This document shows, piece by piece, positions 22,189 through 35,820 of a stretch of DNA of 64,000 nucleotides. The DNA lies in NCBI GenBank assembly GCA_030295235.1, contig AP026124.1, positions 682,001-746,000 on the forward strand, in the 5' to 3' direction. The position numbers and the translations under genes are program-made. Every line of letters starts with the position of its first letter. The stretch's first letter is position 1. This stretch comes from Fistulifera solaris. Its lineage: Eukaryota. The notes beneath the pieces were generated by a model. The model saw only the letters and a program-made list of their open reading frames with translations, had not been told where the DNA came from and searched no databases.

Positions 22189-23994
22189 ATGGCAACAATA
22201 TCAAGGAAAAAGAAGTCGCGGTCTTCGACACTAAGTTCCCTTTCTGTGATGGGGGTTTTGTGTCTCTTTGTGTGCGTTCTCCTCGCGTTCGTGATGATCA
22301 TTACGGTCGATAACAGTCTCGAGGAAGAAAAAAACGCGCACGAGTTAAATACTGTCCTGGAACAAGACGCGACGGGTATTCGAAAAAGTCTCAAATCCGC
22401 GGTCCTGCAAGAACGATTTCGCTTGCGAAAGGCCCTCGAAACAATGACCGAAGGAAAAATACCGCCCCGATTGAAAGCACTTCGAGAGAAAGGACAAATA
22501 GTGGGAGAACGTTTAGCAGAAGTTCGTTCCGGAAAAGAAACCGTCCCGGAAATATTGCAAGGAGAAGGAAGTGACGGACAGCAATCGACAAAGTCGGAAA
22601 CGTTGATCGACAAGCCGCCCATTGAGCTAAACGAAATCATTCAATATCTGGATTCCTGGATTCATACATTGCACGAAGTTTTGTTGGAACATAAACACGC
22701 TACATTCGAAGGCATTTGGCAAGCGTATCATGATTTAACTGTCAAAACGCTATATCCGTGGGACCGAGAATATTTGCAGCGGATGCCTCCCCGTCGTGAC
22801 GATGGCTCGATTTTTCTTTCCGTAGCCACCTATCGCGATGAAAACTGCTTTAATACTATTTACAATGCTTACGGGAAGGCCAAGAATCCAGAAAAGCTCT
22901 TTGTTGGTCTCGTGCAGCAGAATTGTCACGAGAATTGCAAGTCGGGAGTGCTCAGCAATTTAACTATGGTCGATGTACCGCCGGACGATGACTGCCACAA
23001 ATTATTCTGTGAGTCAGACTTGGGAAAATATTGCGATCAGATTCGTGTTTTGAACATCAATGAGCCGGAATCTCTCGGACCGTACGCGGCGCGCTATTTT
23101 ACCAGTAAGCTTTGGTATGGCGAACCGTGGTTCATGCAAATTGATGCTCACATGACGTTTGCGACACATTGGGATTCGATTAGTATCGAGATGCTCAAAG
23201 CGTGTCCGGCTCCCAAGCCAGTCTTGTCACACTATCCGCCTTCGCACACGGTCGATTTGGACAAACGAACCAAGCTACCGACCAGTCGTCTCTGTGGGCC
23301 AGTGTTTGCGACATCGGACCTTGAATCACAAATCATCCGTCTAGAAGGAGCGGCTGTATACGACAAAGAGAAGGCTCCGTTGCCTTGCTTCGCGCCATTC
23401 ACTGCGGCTGGATATTTTGTGGCTCACTCAGACTTCCTTCGAGAAGTTCCGTTCGATCCGTTTTTGCCTTGGATTTTCATGGGAGAAGAGATCATCATGA
23501 GCAGCCGTCTGTGGACGGCCGGATACGACATCTTTGGTCCCAACCAAGCCGTTGTCGGACACATGTGTAAGTAAACTCGGGGCCTGTTGAACAATACAAT
23601 ATTTCTCTGTCAATATCTTATCGATTTTGTATTTTGTACCATAGATGTGCGCCGTCACAAACCAAAGTTTTGGGAATCGGTACATCGAATGTTTACGAAT
23701 GGTGTCCACAATCCGCTTCAAGCGATGGTCTTGGATCGAGTCAAGTATCAACTTGGGTATCCAGAATCGGCAAGAGACATGCTTCCTCATAAGAGTATCT
23801 TAACGGCGGTCGATCACTATACCATGGGTACAGCTCGTCCCTTAGAAGAATACCTTCGGCTCGTTGGTCTCAACATGACAACGAAAGAAGTTACGTACTC
23901 TGGATGGTGCGAAGAGGGTACACCTCCACCAGGATTTGAACAGTATAATCACCTATATCCTGGCAAGGCGAATATGAGATTCAAAGGTAACTGA
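22189..23994 (+). CDS. GT60-family (Skp1-Hyp/polypeptide) GlcNAc transferase, type II membrane protein
   Basis: IFLSVATYRD, GPYAARY, MQIDAHMTF, LSHYPP, AAGYF, EVPFDPFLPWIFMGEEI..RLWTAGYDIF. Intron 23567-23644. N-terminal TM helix. Confidence 0.9.
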
Positions 23995-24013
23995 GCACAT
24001 TATGTAATAAAGT

Positions 24014-25051
24014 CTACAATGTTGTTGAGGAAGATGTTTCTGCGTCGTCCCAATCGTATTGATAATCATGATTGTCCGCGATGAAGTAGAAAAAGATAGA
24101 CGATTCGTCCTCTAGGTTTTTCCACCCACCTTCCATGTGAGTTGGAACTCGAATCACATTCAACGTGTCCTTCGTAGGAATTGTCTTCCATTGAGAAAGT
24201 TTACCGATCCACGGAGCAACCTCAAATGCTCCATCTTTATGACGCTGTCTCATCCCTTCGACAATAACCTCCAGGTCGTCGCGTAATTCCACAAACGTCA
24301 CGTTCAAATTGACGATATGCATGCGTCTTTCAAGCGTGTTGGTGTTCGAGCTGGGCACTGTTTCATGATCCCAGTAACTCATCGAAAGTCGAACTTTATT
24401 CGTGTCAGTTTCGGACTCTAGTTGACTCCACGCAACGTTTCCGGATCCGGGCAAAAGAGCAGTGGGAACTACAAACGCCTCCCCCAACCATCTCATGATT
24501 TCGCCCGGTAGAAGTGCTGGATTCTTCGTATCCTCCGAAGCAATAGGAACGATTCCTTCGATACTCGCTACCATTTGAGCGGTGTCTCCTACCCAAGCGT
24601 CCCGAATGTAGATCCGTGGCCAACCCAGTTTTTGAATCAAGGCCATTTCGGCTTCCCAAACAAAGCCCGGTGAAGAATCCGACACTGAGACGGTTTGTTT
24701 AGCGGAAAAGGGGGTCCATTCGCTCTCTTCGCTCGTGCGAAAATGCCCATGCTGTGTAAAACGAAGGGATCGAATGGAAGGGAAAGGTTTATTTTGTTCG
24801 AGACTCGGTAGAGTACGCCGAAAGAAGGAACGAACAGGCGAAGGAAGGGACTCGAAGGAAGTATCGTCGATAAATTTGGCGACAATGGAGGAAGAGGAAG
24901 TGAGGAGTTTCTCTACGAGACTATCACTCTCCCTATGCCATTTATCTCCGCGCAGACCACCCCAGACGGCGACGGCAATAAGTGCAGAAAGCGCGAGAAA
25001 AGGCAAGGGAAGCTTGGAAATGTGTTTCATGGTATTCTGCAGTTGTTTCAT
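24014..25051 (-). CDS. Membrane-anchored or secreted protein resembling a prokaryotic DUF family (DUF6544-like)
   Basis: Intronless 345-aa ORF: LPSPVRSFF, FTQHGHFR, WTPFSAKQ, PGFVWEA, IRDAW, GEIMRWLGEA..PTALLP. Confidence 0.7.
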   Translation of the reverse strand: MKQLQNTMKHISKLPLPFLALSALIAVAVWGGLRGDKWHRESDSLVEKLLTSSSSIVAKFIDDTSFESLPSPVRSFFRRTLPSLEQNKPFPSIRSLRFTQHGHFRTSEESEWTPFSAKQTVSVSDSSPGFVWEAEMALIQKLGWPRIYIRDAWVGDTAQMVASIEGIVPIASEDTKNPALLPGEIMRWLGEAFVVPTALLPGSGNVAWSQLESETDTNKVRLSMSYWDHETVPSSNTNTLERRMHIVNLNVTFVELRDDLEVIVEGMRQRHKDGAFEVAPWIGKLSQWKTIPTKDTLNVIRVPTHMEGGWKNLEDESSIFFYFIADNHDYQYDWDDAETSSSTTL

Positions 25052-25348
25052 TTATAGCGATTTCATTTTTGGAAACAATTTGAAAATATGCGAAGCGCTC
25101 GACACGATCACGTGCGAAGCGAAGCCAGCTATCAAGCTAGTCGTCGACATAGGCGTTGTGCGGGTGGGCAGGAATTAACGATTCGAATACACCGAAGACG
25201 GAAAGAATAGCTGTGTTTGAGTTGATTGGTACTAGTTTAACACCAGTTCGTGTTAATAAAATTAGAATATTCATGATTTGGAAACAGCGGGGTCGACAAA
25301 TCTTTCTGAGATAAAATAAACAATAAGTTCGTGCTTTATCTCATATAA

Positions 25349-25576
25349 TTAGCCTTCGTAAATCGGCTTGATCAAAGGGTGCCATTGGTGCATCCATGCA
25401 CAAAGCCAAAACAACCACATGGCGAATGTCGCTATCGAAATGACAACGTTGGCAATTGCTGCGTTGTCCTTTGATAATACGCCCGAAGACCTCGACGAGA
25501 ACACAAAGCCGACGCAGACCAAGCCCAATACCAAGTAAGCAATGGTGCCTTTAATAAGAGTTGGTGGAATACTCAT
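25349..25576 (-). CDS. ATP6V0E: V-type ATPase V0 subunit e
   Basis: 75 aa, two TM helices, MWLFWLCAWMHQWHPLIKP signature. Confidence 0.9.
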   Translation of the reverse strand: MSIPPTLIKGTIAYLVLGLVCVGFVFSSRSSGVLSKDNAAIANVVISIATFAMWLFWLCAWMHQWHPLIKPIYEG

Positions 25577-26020
25577 GATGTCTATGAGTTATTCAAAAAT
25601 AAAGAGTTGTTTATTGCTTTATTGTCGTGCAAAGAGGTCTCTTTTTTCTTGCGGCGATGGCTGCAGCAGCAAGCAAATAGGGCAATGAAACAGCGAGCGA
25701 AATTCATTTACGGATGTTGACTATAGGTTTTAATGGACAGTTTCGGAACAGAAAGAGGTGCGCCCTAAGTAAGACTAATTATTGGCGAGAGAACGACACC
25801 GTTGGAGTAATTTCACATTTTATAAATATAGGAAGCGCTTCACGAACGGCAATGGATTGTACAAAATTTCTGAGATGGAATGCCGCGCACGAAACATTCA
25901 TCGCCCTTATCCGCCTCCAGAAAATATGACATCATTAATACGCCTTTTTGTGATAACAATCAAGTGAAGCTGTCTTTAGAATCCAATAGAATGAAACGAA
26001 AATGAGAAGATAGATAAGCA

Positions 26021-29000
26021 ATGAATGTCCCTACCTTGCTAAGACGGTTTGATGCCACCTTGGATTGGCTCACCGCGGTCACACCAGAGGATAATCTTGA
26101 GGATGAGTCGCAAAACTTCTATACATCGCGTCATCCACATCAAATCAAGTCGAGGCGTCGATTGCGACAGAAATTCGATAACAACTCTCCTACAATCAGA
26201 ATCATACATGAAAGGATAGTTAAGCCTGTGAATGAGGTGACCGTTGGAGGTAATTTACAGCAATGCTTATCCGACATGACTTTCATTGAACATGAAGGGG
26301 ATTTTCAAGAGGATATTCAGATTTCGCCTAAAATGACGCCAAGAGCTATTCCTCGGCGCAATAAATACACGATTAAGAGAAGAAACAGGTCTGATAGAGA
26401 TCACGAGCGCCCTTGGACACCAGATAGCCTGTCGAGGCCATCCAACTCGTCCGACTCCTGTATACGAGACGACAAGTACATTCCAACTAGCCAAAAGGCA
26501 TCCACGAAACAGTCATGTCGAGAAACACGATGGTGTGGGATGAAAAATGCTCCACCTCGTCGAAGATCGGCACCTTCTGACTCGTCTCGGCGAAAAGATT
26601 ACGACGTTTCTTTCATTAAGGACGACATGTCGCAAATTGCAACGAACCGAGAAAATTCTCGAAAATTACCTTCAAGGGAACAAATGAATTATTATTTACA
26701 CACTCATCATCCTGTTCGATTAAAAGAGACCCGTAATCACGATGAAGAGTGCGAAAAACGACAGGAAAGGCTACGCCGACGCCGCCGAAAACTTCTCTCC
26801 GTGTCCGTTGATCGTCCGAATTCAGATCCAGTGTATAGTCGGCATGATACTCCTGTCAGCAAGAACAGGGCACTGACTACAGAGCAAGTCAGTAATCATA
26901 TTCAAAAATTCGGTGAATGCATGGATCCAAATAGCGACCTTGGTATGTTTGCGTATGAGCTCCAAAATTCTTTGGGTACAATAAGCTTATCGGAAGAGGA
27001 GCTCGGGGTACCAGGTCTAGCGTGCAAAGCGCACAATAAGCAAAACGCGATTTGTGGTACAATAGATGATACCACGAATGATGGTACTTTGTTGGGGGAT
27101 GAGATCTGTGCCCGACTCTCGGGGACTCTCGCGACCGCTATCGACGGAGTAAATGCCTGCTTTCACCGACGTGCTGCTGCGAAAAGCCGACGCCCGTCCT
27201 CATCGTACATATTACCTAAATATAGCCAAGAATTGAGATGGCCCATGACGCATTCTCAGCTCGAACAAATTTGGGGCGATGAGATCCACGTGCTCCGCTT
27301 GAATGATTTTGTGTCTTCGTACGACCGGAGAGATGGAAGAGAGACTGTAGCTTCTTTATCACCTAGAAGCAACCGTGAACAACCTCCGCAAGGCACGTCT
27401 ACATATTTCGACTACGTCACAATTAAAAACATCCCTTTTGTACAGGGGAATGGATGTCGCTGTTGCTCCAACGTGCTACATACCAACTACAAATGAACCA
27501 CAACCAACGATGGCCAACACGAAACCACAAGAACCCACTGTATCTTCAGCCGAAACGACCTGTTCGACGCCATGTGCACCAGTGACAAACATGCCAGTCG
27601 AATGCTCGCCCCACCAAGCGTCGACCCTGGTTCAAACGCAAAGCAGTAACACACCGTCGAAATCCGACCGAGGAACTGATTGTACGGGTCGGAATAATAT
27701 TGAAATCCAACTTCCGGAAGAACTTGTCGGTAGTGGTGAAGAAGTCACATTGCAGTGCCACGACAATGAGGGTAAAACAATAATTTCGCTTGGCGTGAGC
27801 TTTTGCGACGAGAAGAAAGACAATGACACTCAAAGCAAGCTACAGGAATTCTCGCGAAAAGATCGTTCGACAAGTACTTTAGATCCTGAGACGTTAGAAA
27901 GCACTGTAGACAAGACTGATTTGCTATCAAATTCACAAGAATTCGCCGCTTTGCCAGGCATTTCAATCTTGGACATATCTAGCCCGCTACAGCAATATTC
28001 GAAAATAGACCCGCCAACAAACACAATCGGATTCGATCCTCGAGTGGACAGTGTGGACAGCACTGCTCCATCACCTAGCGTAGAGGATACTGGCACGTTA
28101 CAAGACAGGTCAAATGCAGATATTTCATGTGATTTGAAGGAACCAGCAAAAGATGATTGGCGCTTGAGTGGAATACTAGTAAGCACACCGAAAAACCCTT
28201 CTGAAACTTCACCAGTTTTTGAAGACAGTCGTACGCGCAATTTGCAACCCAATCCTAGTGATTTTTGGGATGGTGAAATCGAATTTATAGAGCATTCTAG
28301 TGCTTCCATCAGACGCCAAAGAAGCTCTTTTAAAAAGTATGCCAGTGAAGCCCGTGAACGGTCGCTCTATTCTTCTGGGACATCAAAAGACCATACTTCT
28401 TGTGAGACATCGGGTAGGGTGAAGCATCTAGACCTTGGTCATTTACTCTCATGTCCCGCGGAGGTAGAAAGACCAGTGGATCAGCTTCGACTACAACAAG
28501 ATGTAGACAAGGCAGTAGATGCCGCAAAAGTGAACGAAGACTCGTTACCCCTTGTTGATGAAGCGCGAGCTTGTGCTAGTGATTCGACAGGCGATGATAT
28601 TCAAGAATTAGAACACATTGAAATTGTTCACGTCGAGGAAAGCTTTGATCAAGGGGACTTCTTCCAGTCAGGCGAGACCAATGGAATAATTTTTGCTGCT
28701 TCCCAAACGGGTGCTATCGGGAACGATTTGAAAGGGGAAGGAGATGAGACAAATCATGAAGATAAAACAGACAATCTCGACGATACTTCATCGGCAGACA
28801 AGTCTCGCTCTTCTAAATCACTTTCCGAACCGTGCGTTGAAGACATCAGTGAAAGCTCGTCTGTTAATGTAGACGAGTATCACGCTACATTCCTAGGAGT
28901 TATTCCGGGAAAGATTCCCACTTTCTCTAAAAAAAGCAGAAATATTTACTGCCGATGAAGGAAACATTGAATCGGCTGATCAGAAAGGCTATTTTGCTTC

Positions 29001-31456
29001 TGCTACGGCAAGCTTGGCTTCCAAGGCGCAGTCTACGAAAACTGATGCCGAGTTCATCGGATGTTATTCAGAGGGAGCGCGATTGCAGAATGCAGTAAGA
29101 GCTGAGACAAAGCTCTTGACGAATCAGTCGGCTTTATCGCTTGTTCCTGCTAATCCTTCGGCATCCTCCGTTCTTTTCTTTAAACCAACAATCAACGTTT
29201 TTGGGGGCGAATCTGGAGCGAATGACCTTGCAGCGTTGACTCGTGCATTTAGTAAAATGCCAGACGTATCCTCAGGAATCTCAGACAAAGAAACATCATG
29301 TAAATCGCCTTTTGAGTTCAATCGTGAAAGTAACATCAAGTCGAAAACCGACGATCGTTGGTGCGGACCTTTCTGTGATAATGACGATGATTCGTTTACC
29401 AAAGAATTATCTCGATTGGCTACCTCTGAGAGGTTACTCAGGGAAGAGCTAGAATCTTTTCAAAGAAAACTCTCCAGAGCTAGCGAAACCAGAACCATCA
29501 TTGATCTGTCGATGATTGATGACTCATATGGTTCAACTTTCTCAGTCAACGGCGATAAACACCGATGGGATTGGAAATCTAACACATTGAAGTACGGAAC
29601 AATCACTGACCCATTGCCTCACGAAGACTGCTGCTCGAGTCGTTATATCACATCGTCAACTGGGCTCGCGTCAAGTTTAAATAGAAAAACTCAATTTGGA
29701 AACCAAGATAGACGACTCGCTTACCACTCTTGTCAAACGCAATTCGATAGCGGAACGCAACGTGCGCCATTGACCGCTATTCCTCGAAACGAGGATCCCC
29801 CCCTACAGAAGGCAGTGTATACAGCAACCTCCGCGATCTGTCAATTACGCTAGCGCGAGTGATGAACGAGTCGACGCAAAAATTAATTTACTTCGATCTC
29901 GTTTAGATCAAAAGCGGAGTGCATTACGTACCGCAATTGATTCGCAAAGGATTTCCGTACAAACGGATCATATCGAAGAGGAGGACACCAGCAGTTTCGG
30001 TTATGCTGGAAGCAACATAATGCGTACAAGGTTAGAGAGTGACCAGTCGGTAGAGGAAATCTCGGAGAGGTCAGAAAATGATCCATTAGAGAGAACTCTT
30101 GGTTATTGCGCAGGGAATGCTTTGAACATCAATGGACCATCTCCGACCTCCTTCATAAAGTCTACATCGCTTGCCATCGATCATCAAGAAAACACATCTT
30201 CTAATTTATCCAGCTTATCTGCTAAACAGCCAAAAAGCGACAACCAGTTCAGCCAGGTCAACAATTGCCGAAATCGACCTGAATCTGGAGATTATCTTAC
30301 GAGAACGTACAATTTCGATGAAGACGACTCGCTCGAGTTTCCACAGATTGAGGTAGCTTTGTCTCCTAACTCGCTCGAGTTTACAACAGACGATGGACTG
30401 ACATTTAAGGGAATCGAAATGTCGTCATTCAATTCCGGTGTGAATTCGAACGCTCTCATGGATGTCTGCTTTGTCAAGTCAGAAGCAGAGACAGGGATAT
30501 CGCCAATTCAAAACGAAAATGAGCTGGTCACACATGGAGAAGAAAGCAAATTATCCGAGAGCAAGAGCTCCGGTTATATCACACTCTCCGATGATTCGTC
30601 CAGCTTTCGGTTCTCTGAATCAGACGGAAGCAGACAGTTATCTCGACATAGCACACCTCCAGGCGTGACCGCGTCTTACTCGACCACAAGTTCATTGTCG
30701 TTCCAGGAACATCTGCCTGTTTTCGCTCGACAAGAAAATTCAATTGGAAGTCTTTCTTCGCGGCTATCGCTCACAACTATCGACTCTTCTAAAGCCGAGC
30801 AGATGCTTGTTTCGTACCGTGAATCACAGCAGTGCATGGATCCCCACTCAGTCAGTCATTTCCCGGCTCGACACGCACCTTCACAGAACACCAGTGCCGC
30901 CTCTCGTCTCCGCCTTGTTCGATTTGATTTACCGCTTCTTTCAGAGCCACAAATTCCCTATTATATATCATCGGATGTTGACGACATCGATGCTTACGTC
31001 CCAGGAAGTAGCGATGTCTTTACAGATCCCTTTCTTTCCAGCCTATCGACGGGGCAAAGCACTCATGCATCAAAAGCAGACCCACCGGGTTGTCTCGAAA
31101 AAGATCCTGATGAATACCTGAAAGACGAGGCAAAATTCAAACCAAGATTTGCGTTGAACAACTCTCACACAACCAAGAACGGATGCCCTTCTGATGCTGG
31201 ACAAATTGAGAAGAAAAGAGAAGCAGTACACAAGAAGAAGGTTCCCTTGAAACGCTCGCAACAAGTTTCTTCTTGTCAAGCTCCAAGGGAAATACGAATC
31301 TCAGTTCCGTCCAAGAATACCTACCTAGACAAACTCAAGTTGTCCAGGGACCTGAGGAAATCCATTTTGTTGGGTCACAAAAGAAATCCCAGCTTTTGTA
31401 ATTGTAAAAACTCATTTGTTAACGCTAACAGAGACTCGTTGCTTTCAGTTCCTTGA
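26021..31456 (+). CDS. Large low-complexity Ser-rich hypothetical protein (~1800 aa), split by frameshifts
   Basis: ORFs 26021-27496, 27375-28958, 29014-29853 and 30020-31456. The downstream frames are open back to an A7 run (~28930) and a C6 run (~29797). Confidence 0.65.
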
Positions 31457-31842
31457 CTTTCGTTTAGCAACAAGCTTAGTGTGCAGACCCTTTCGTTTCT
31501 GTGAACTTAGTTTTAAATCCGTTTTGGACATCGAGGGTTAAGGATAATTAGATGGAGAATCATCACCAAAAAATGACCGGTACCGAATTGGTACAAAATT
31601 ATTTAGTCTCCGCCCAGATTTAATGTAGATCTTGTTTTTTACATAAAATCTACTCGCGAAAACGTCGCCGTTATCGCCTTTTGATGTTTGACGGCCATGT
31701 GTACCTACGTAGTACTATAGTACGTAGTACTTGGTATTGGGACAAAAAAATACTCCGCTATCTCTTTCCACTTTCTGTGAAGGAAAATCTACCACCACAT
31801 CAAACTGACGACTTTGTGATCTGTCATATTGTGATACAAACC

Positions 31843-33943
31843 ATGAATCTACAAGCCCCAAGAGCATTTTCACGAAGAGAAAAAAGCTCACGGTCGCAAG
31901 CCGCGTATCTACGCTTCAGAGAGCGCCGGTTCAAAGCCAATCGAGGTCCGCGTGGAGCGCCTTATCACCATTCTGTCAAGCTTTGAGGAATCAACAATCG
32001 ACTCTTCAAGCGACTCTAGTATCGGATCAAGCTTTTCTGAAGACAGCTATGAGATTTTGGGTGTGATTACTCAATTGGAAAATTTCATTGTGCGAGAAAT
32101 CGGTAATGTGATGGATGATGATTCAATGTGCAACGACGATGACTATTCTCAAACTGGATATTGGGCTAGCGGCGCCTTCAGTCAAGACTTTAGTGTCCTG
32201 CCCTCAAAACATAGCATAGTAAAATCCGAGGAATGGAAGCGAAAGACAGGCGGGACCGTTGAAGAAATCCTTGCGTGCCCCACGAACGAAAGTTTGTCGT
32301 TGTTGCCAATGGATATTCCTCTAGTTCAAAATCGCCGAAGCAAAGAACTTGACCAACAATACGATTCGAAAAAGGAGGCTGGAATATCCGAGAAGTCATT
32401 TCCTCAATCGGCTAAAAGTGGTAATAGCAAAGTTAGGAAGAGCAAGGATCACTGCCATCTAAGTGATTCTCTCAAAGAGATCCAAACGAACAATCTGCCC
32501 GGCAGAGGCATCCGATACGAACTTACATCTGCGTCGTTTGAGGGACAGAGTAGGTACACTGAATCTCATAGCGTTCGCATGTCCCAATCAAATTTGTCGC
32601 ACAGTATTCGGAAGAAGACCGGCACGACCGGTCTATCAAAACTTTTCCAGGACAATACGACGTTTCACGGGACCGCGAATGATGATCAAACCAATAATGA
32701 TACTGTGAAATTTGCCGTACTAAAGTCTGGAATAAGCAAGAATGCAGCCAGAGATTTCCAAGTCGATGAAAATCTGAAGGAAACTACTGACCAGAAGCAC
32801 TATACCGGAGACGTGAGTGCAGGCGAAACGATAGACGAAGAGAACCAGGTGCGAAATTTTGCGCTGAGTGTTGGAGCAATTCACGATAAACCGATGACGA
32901 GCAATTGTCAGCACAGTCTATGCGCAGAAGAAGCGGAACCTAGTTGCAGGCGGTTGCAGGGGCAGATGATGAAGAATCGAAGAAGCCTTAGCTTGATGCC
33001 GTCTAAATTTCAGTCTATCATCACGACATTTGATTCGCGGAAGAAGATGAGTGACTGGAAAATAAAGCTATTCAAACGGTTTGATCGAGCGAAAAGACAA
33101 GATGGTAATTTGAAATCCGCAAAAGAAGAAGGTGATGGTGGACCACATGGTGTCCGTGAACTCGATTGTGCCGAGAACAGTCTTCCAACTGTTTTTTGCA
33201 ATGTACCGCCAAATAAATCTCTCCCACTTGAGAGCGAAAGGAAACCCAGTGAAGATTGCTTTATTTCTAACAATCCTGAAGCAATAAAGATTCTTGCAAC
33301 ATGCTTGGTCAATGACAACCTTGCAAACCCTATTCCGGTATCACTAAGAGAATCGTTGCAAGCGGATTATGTTGATCAAACTACGCTCCTTGACGTTGGT
33401 CAGGAAGTCGTGGGAGAATTTGAATGTTCGATTGTTACCCCAAAAAGAAATCTGGGGGATTTGTTGCGTCGTCCTTTCCGTAAATCACAAGATTGTGCTA
33501 ACTCGGAGCATGCTTTTAAGAGAGAAATATTGATCGAGGCGAATGTAGAATCGGTTACGGGATGCCGACATGAGACAAACAGTGGAATAAAATGGCACAA
33601 GAACGGAGTTTCTTTTAGTAACTCGATAAGCACCGGATCTACCACATCTCTGCATGAAAATATTTCTGAATCGACGAAGCCAGAAAATCACCACCGAAGT
33701 AAAGAGATCTCGGCAGCTACAAAACGCGAGATCCAGAGACTAATTAGTGATATGGCATCTCTGAAACACGTCGGAAGCTCGAACGCAAAATTTGCCCTAA
33801 AGTCTTTGAAAGAACTAGCTGTACTGGGCGGCACTGTTCAGGATCGCCCTTACCGTGTTGACGAACAACAAAAGTCGTACTCACTGTTTGGCGTTGCAGA
33901 CGATTTCACCAATATTTTTTCATGCAATTGTAAAGCCCAGTAA
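31843..33943 (+). CDS. Hypothetical low-complexity protein
   Basis: 663-codon ORF 31952-33943 overlapping an upstream frame that has an ATG at 31843; the join is uncertain. Confidence 0.6.
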
Positions 33944-34051
33944 CTATTTTGTGCGTTATCAATCTATAAACACGCTTATACGTTATATCTAGATTGAGAA
34001 TAGGAAATATATATCACGAATACAACTTTTACCCACTGCAGCACGAGCTTA

Positions 34052-35820
34052 TTATGGCTCATCGCGCGCTCCTGTAGCGTCGATGGCGATGACTCCTCTC
34101 GCCGGAGCAACAGGAAGGCATGATGGTCGAAAATCTGCAGCTTCTTTCCATATCAATTCCTGGAGTCGCAAACGATGTAACTTTTCGTTTTCGAACGAGA
34201 AGTCAAAAGGGTGGCTCGAGACCACTTCCTCGTCAGCGTTGTGCAAAGAAGAGAAAAACGGATGTTTGAGCGATGCTGCTACAGATACTCTTTTCTGAGG
34301 ATGAATCTCGAGCATTTTTCGCATGATATTTAACGCATCAGGAGGGGCTGCAGAAAATTGAGAGGAGAATGGCTGCGGCGCTTTGTCGGGGAGCTTTTTC
34401 ATAAAGCGTTTGGCCTTTTCAGACGTAACGAAATCAAGACTTGATTCGTCTAATTTTCCCAGCTTTTCACAAATGATAGTCAACTGCAATTAATGTGTCA
34501 GGTACCATGTCGTATTAACAACAAACATGATCGAACAAAAGATGAAGGCTCACCTGATCAATGTAGTCGTCACCCGGAAAGCAAGGCTTTCGTAGAATCA
34601 GCTCAGCAAAAATACAGCCGACGCTCCACACGTCTACCGGATAAGAGTATTCATGACAGGCGAGCATTATTTCCGGAGCCCGATACCAGCGGGTGACAAC
34701 ATATTCCGTCAGGATCATGGTCGACGCACGAACTCCGTCATCCTCATTGTGAAGCCCACGAGCTAACCCGAAATCACAGATCTTCAAATCGCAGTTCGAG
34801 TTGACTAGAAGGTTGCTTGGCTTCAAATCTCTGTGAATGACTTTGCACGAGTGGATATACTTCAATCCACGGAGCACCTGATAGACGAAATATTGGACAT
34901 GATCAATGGAAAGCTTTTGTTTCGAATAAATGATTCGGTGGAGATCTGTTTCCATAAGATCAGTGACAAGGTAGACGTCTCTGAAGTCATCAAGATACTG
35001 CACATTGGGGGCATTATGTCAACAAGTTGGACAATGTTTTCGTGACGCATGTGCTTCAATAATTTGATTTCACGAAGAATGCGCTTAGCATCGATTTCAT
35101 CTGAAAAAGCCTTAGGAACCATCTTGATCGCACAGTTTTTGTCGCTCTTTGAGTCTTTGGCCGAAATTACCACGCCGTAGGCACCGAACCAATGGACCTA
35201 ATCATGGTGTAGCGTTCGTCCACTGTGAACGTGTGTTTACCAGCTGGGAACGAATGGGATCGATAGGGCTCACCACTCGTAGAAGCAACTGTTGGTTCCA
35301 ATCCTTCACGACTTCCACCTCGCGACATAATGACTTCCATGCCGACTTCCGATGCATCGTCCCCTTGGTCTGTCGAGTAGCTAATAGTTGCCGAAGTAGT
35401 GGTCGCTGTCGCCAGAGTGTGATGATCGTGATCATATTCGTCCGGAAGCTTTTTATTCAAGCCGAACTTTTTATTCATATCGCGAGAATGCTTGTGCAAA
35501 GCATTTGACATGACTCCGTCCTTGGCAACAATGTCCTCTTCGCGGAGTGACCCTGTCGTTTTGTCAATGGTTGGAGCGGTGTCGAACGTCCCACCGCACG
35601 TTATAAAGGAACCCTGGACTTTCTTTGTCCACTTTGCGATCTTTGAACTGAGGCTGTATGAGCTGCACGCTTGCGTCTTCTGAAGGGGCGCCTGTTTTCC
35701 TCCAGCTGAAATGTTCGTTGTACTATTTAGGAGGCCGCGACTGCCGCTGCTACTTGTGCGTGAGCGGGAGCCACGGCTCTGGACGGAATACTCGTTGACA
35801 GTAATCTTAAAGGTTTGAGT
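34052..35820 (-). CDS. Mitogen-activated protein kinase, TEY type, with long N-terminal extension
   Basis: [57 protein letters not shown]. Intron 34484-34553, frameshifts near 35005 and 35180. Frame is open from ATG 35511 up to ~35820. Confidence 0.95.
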
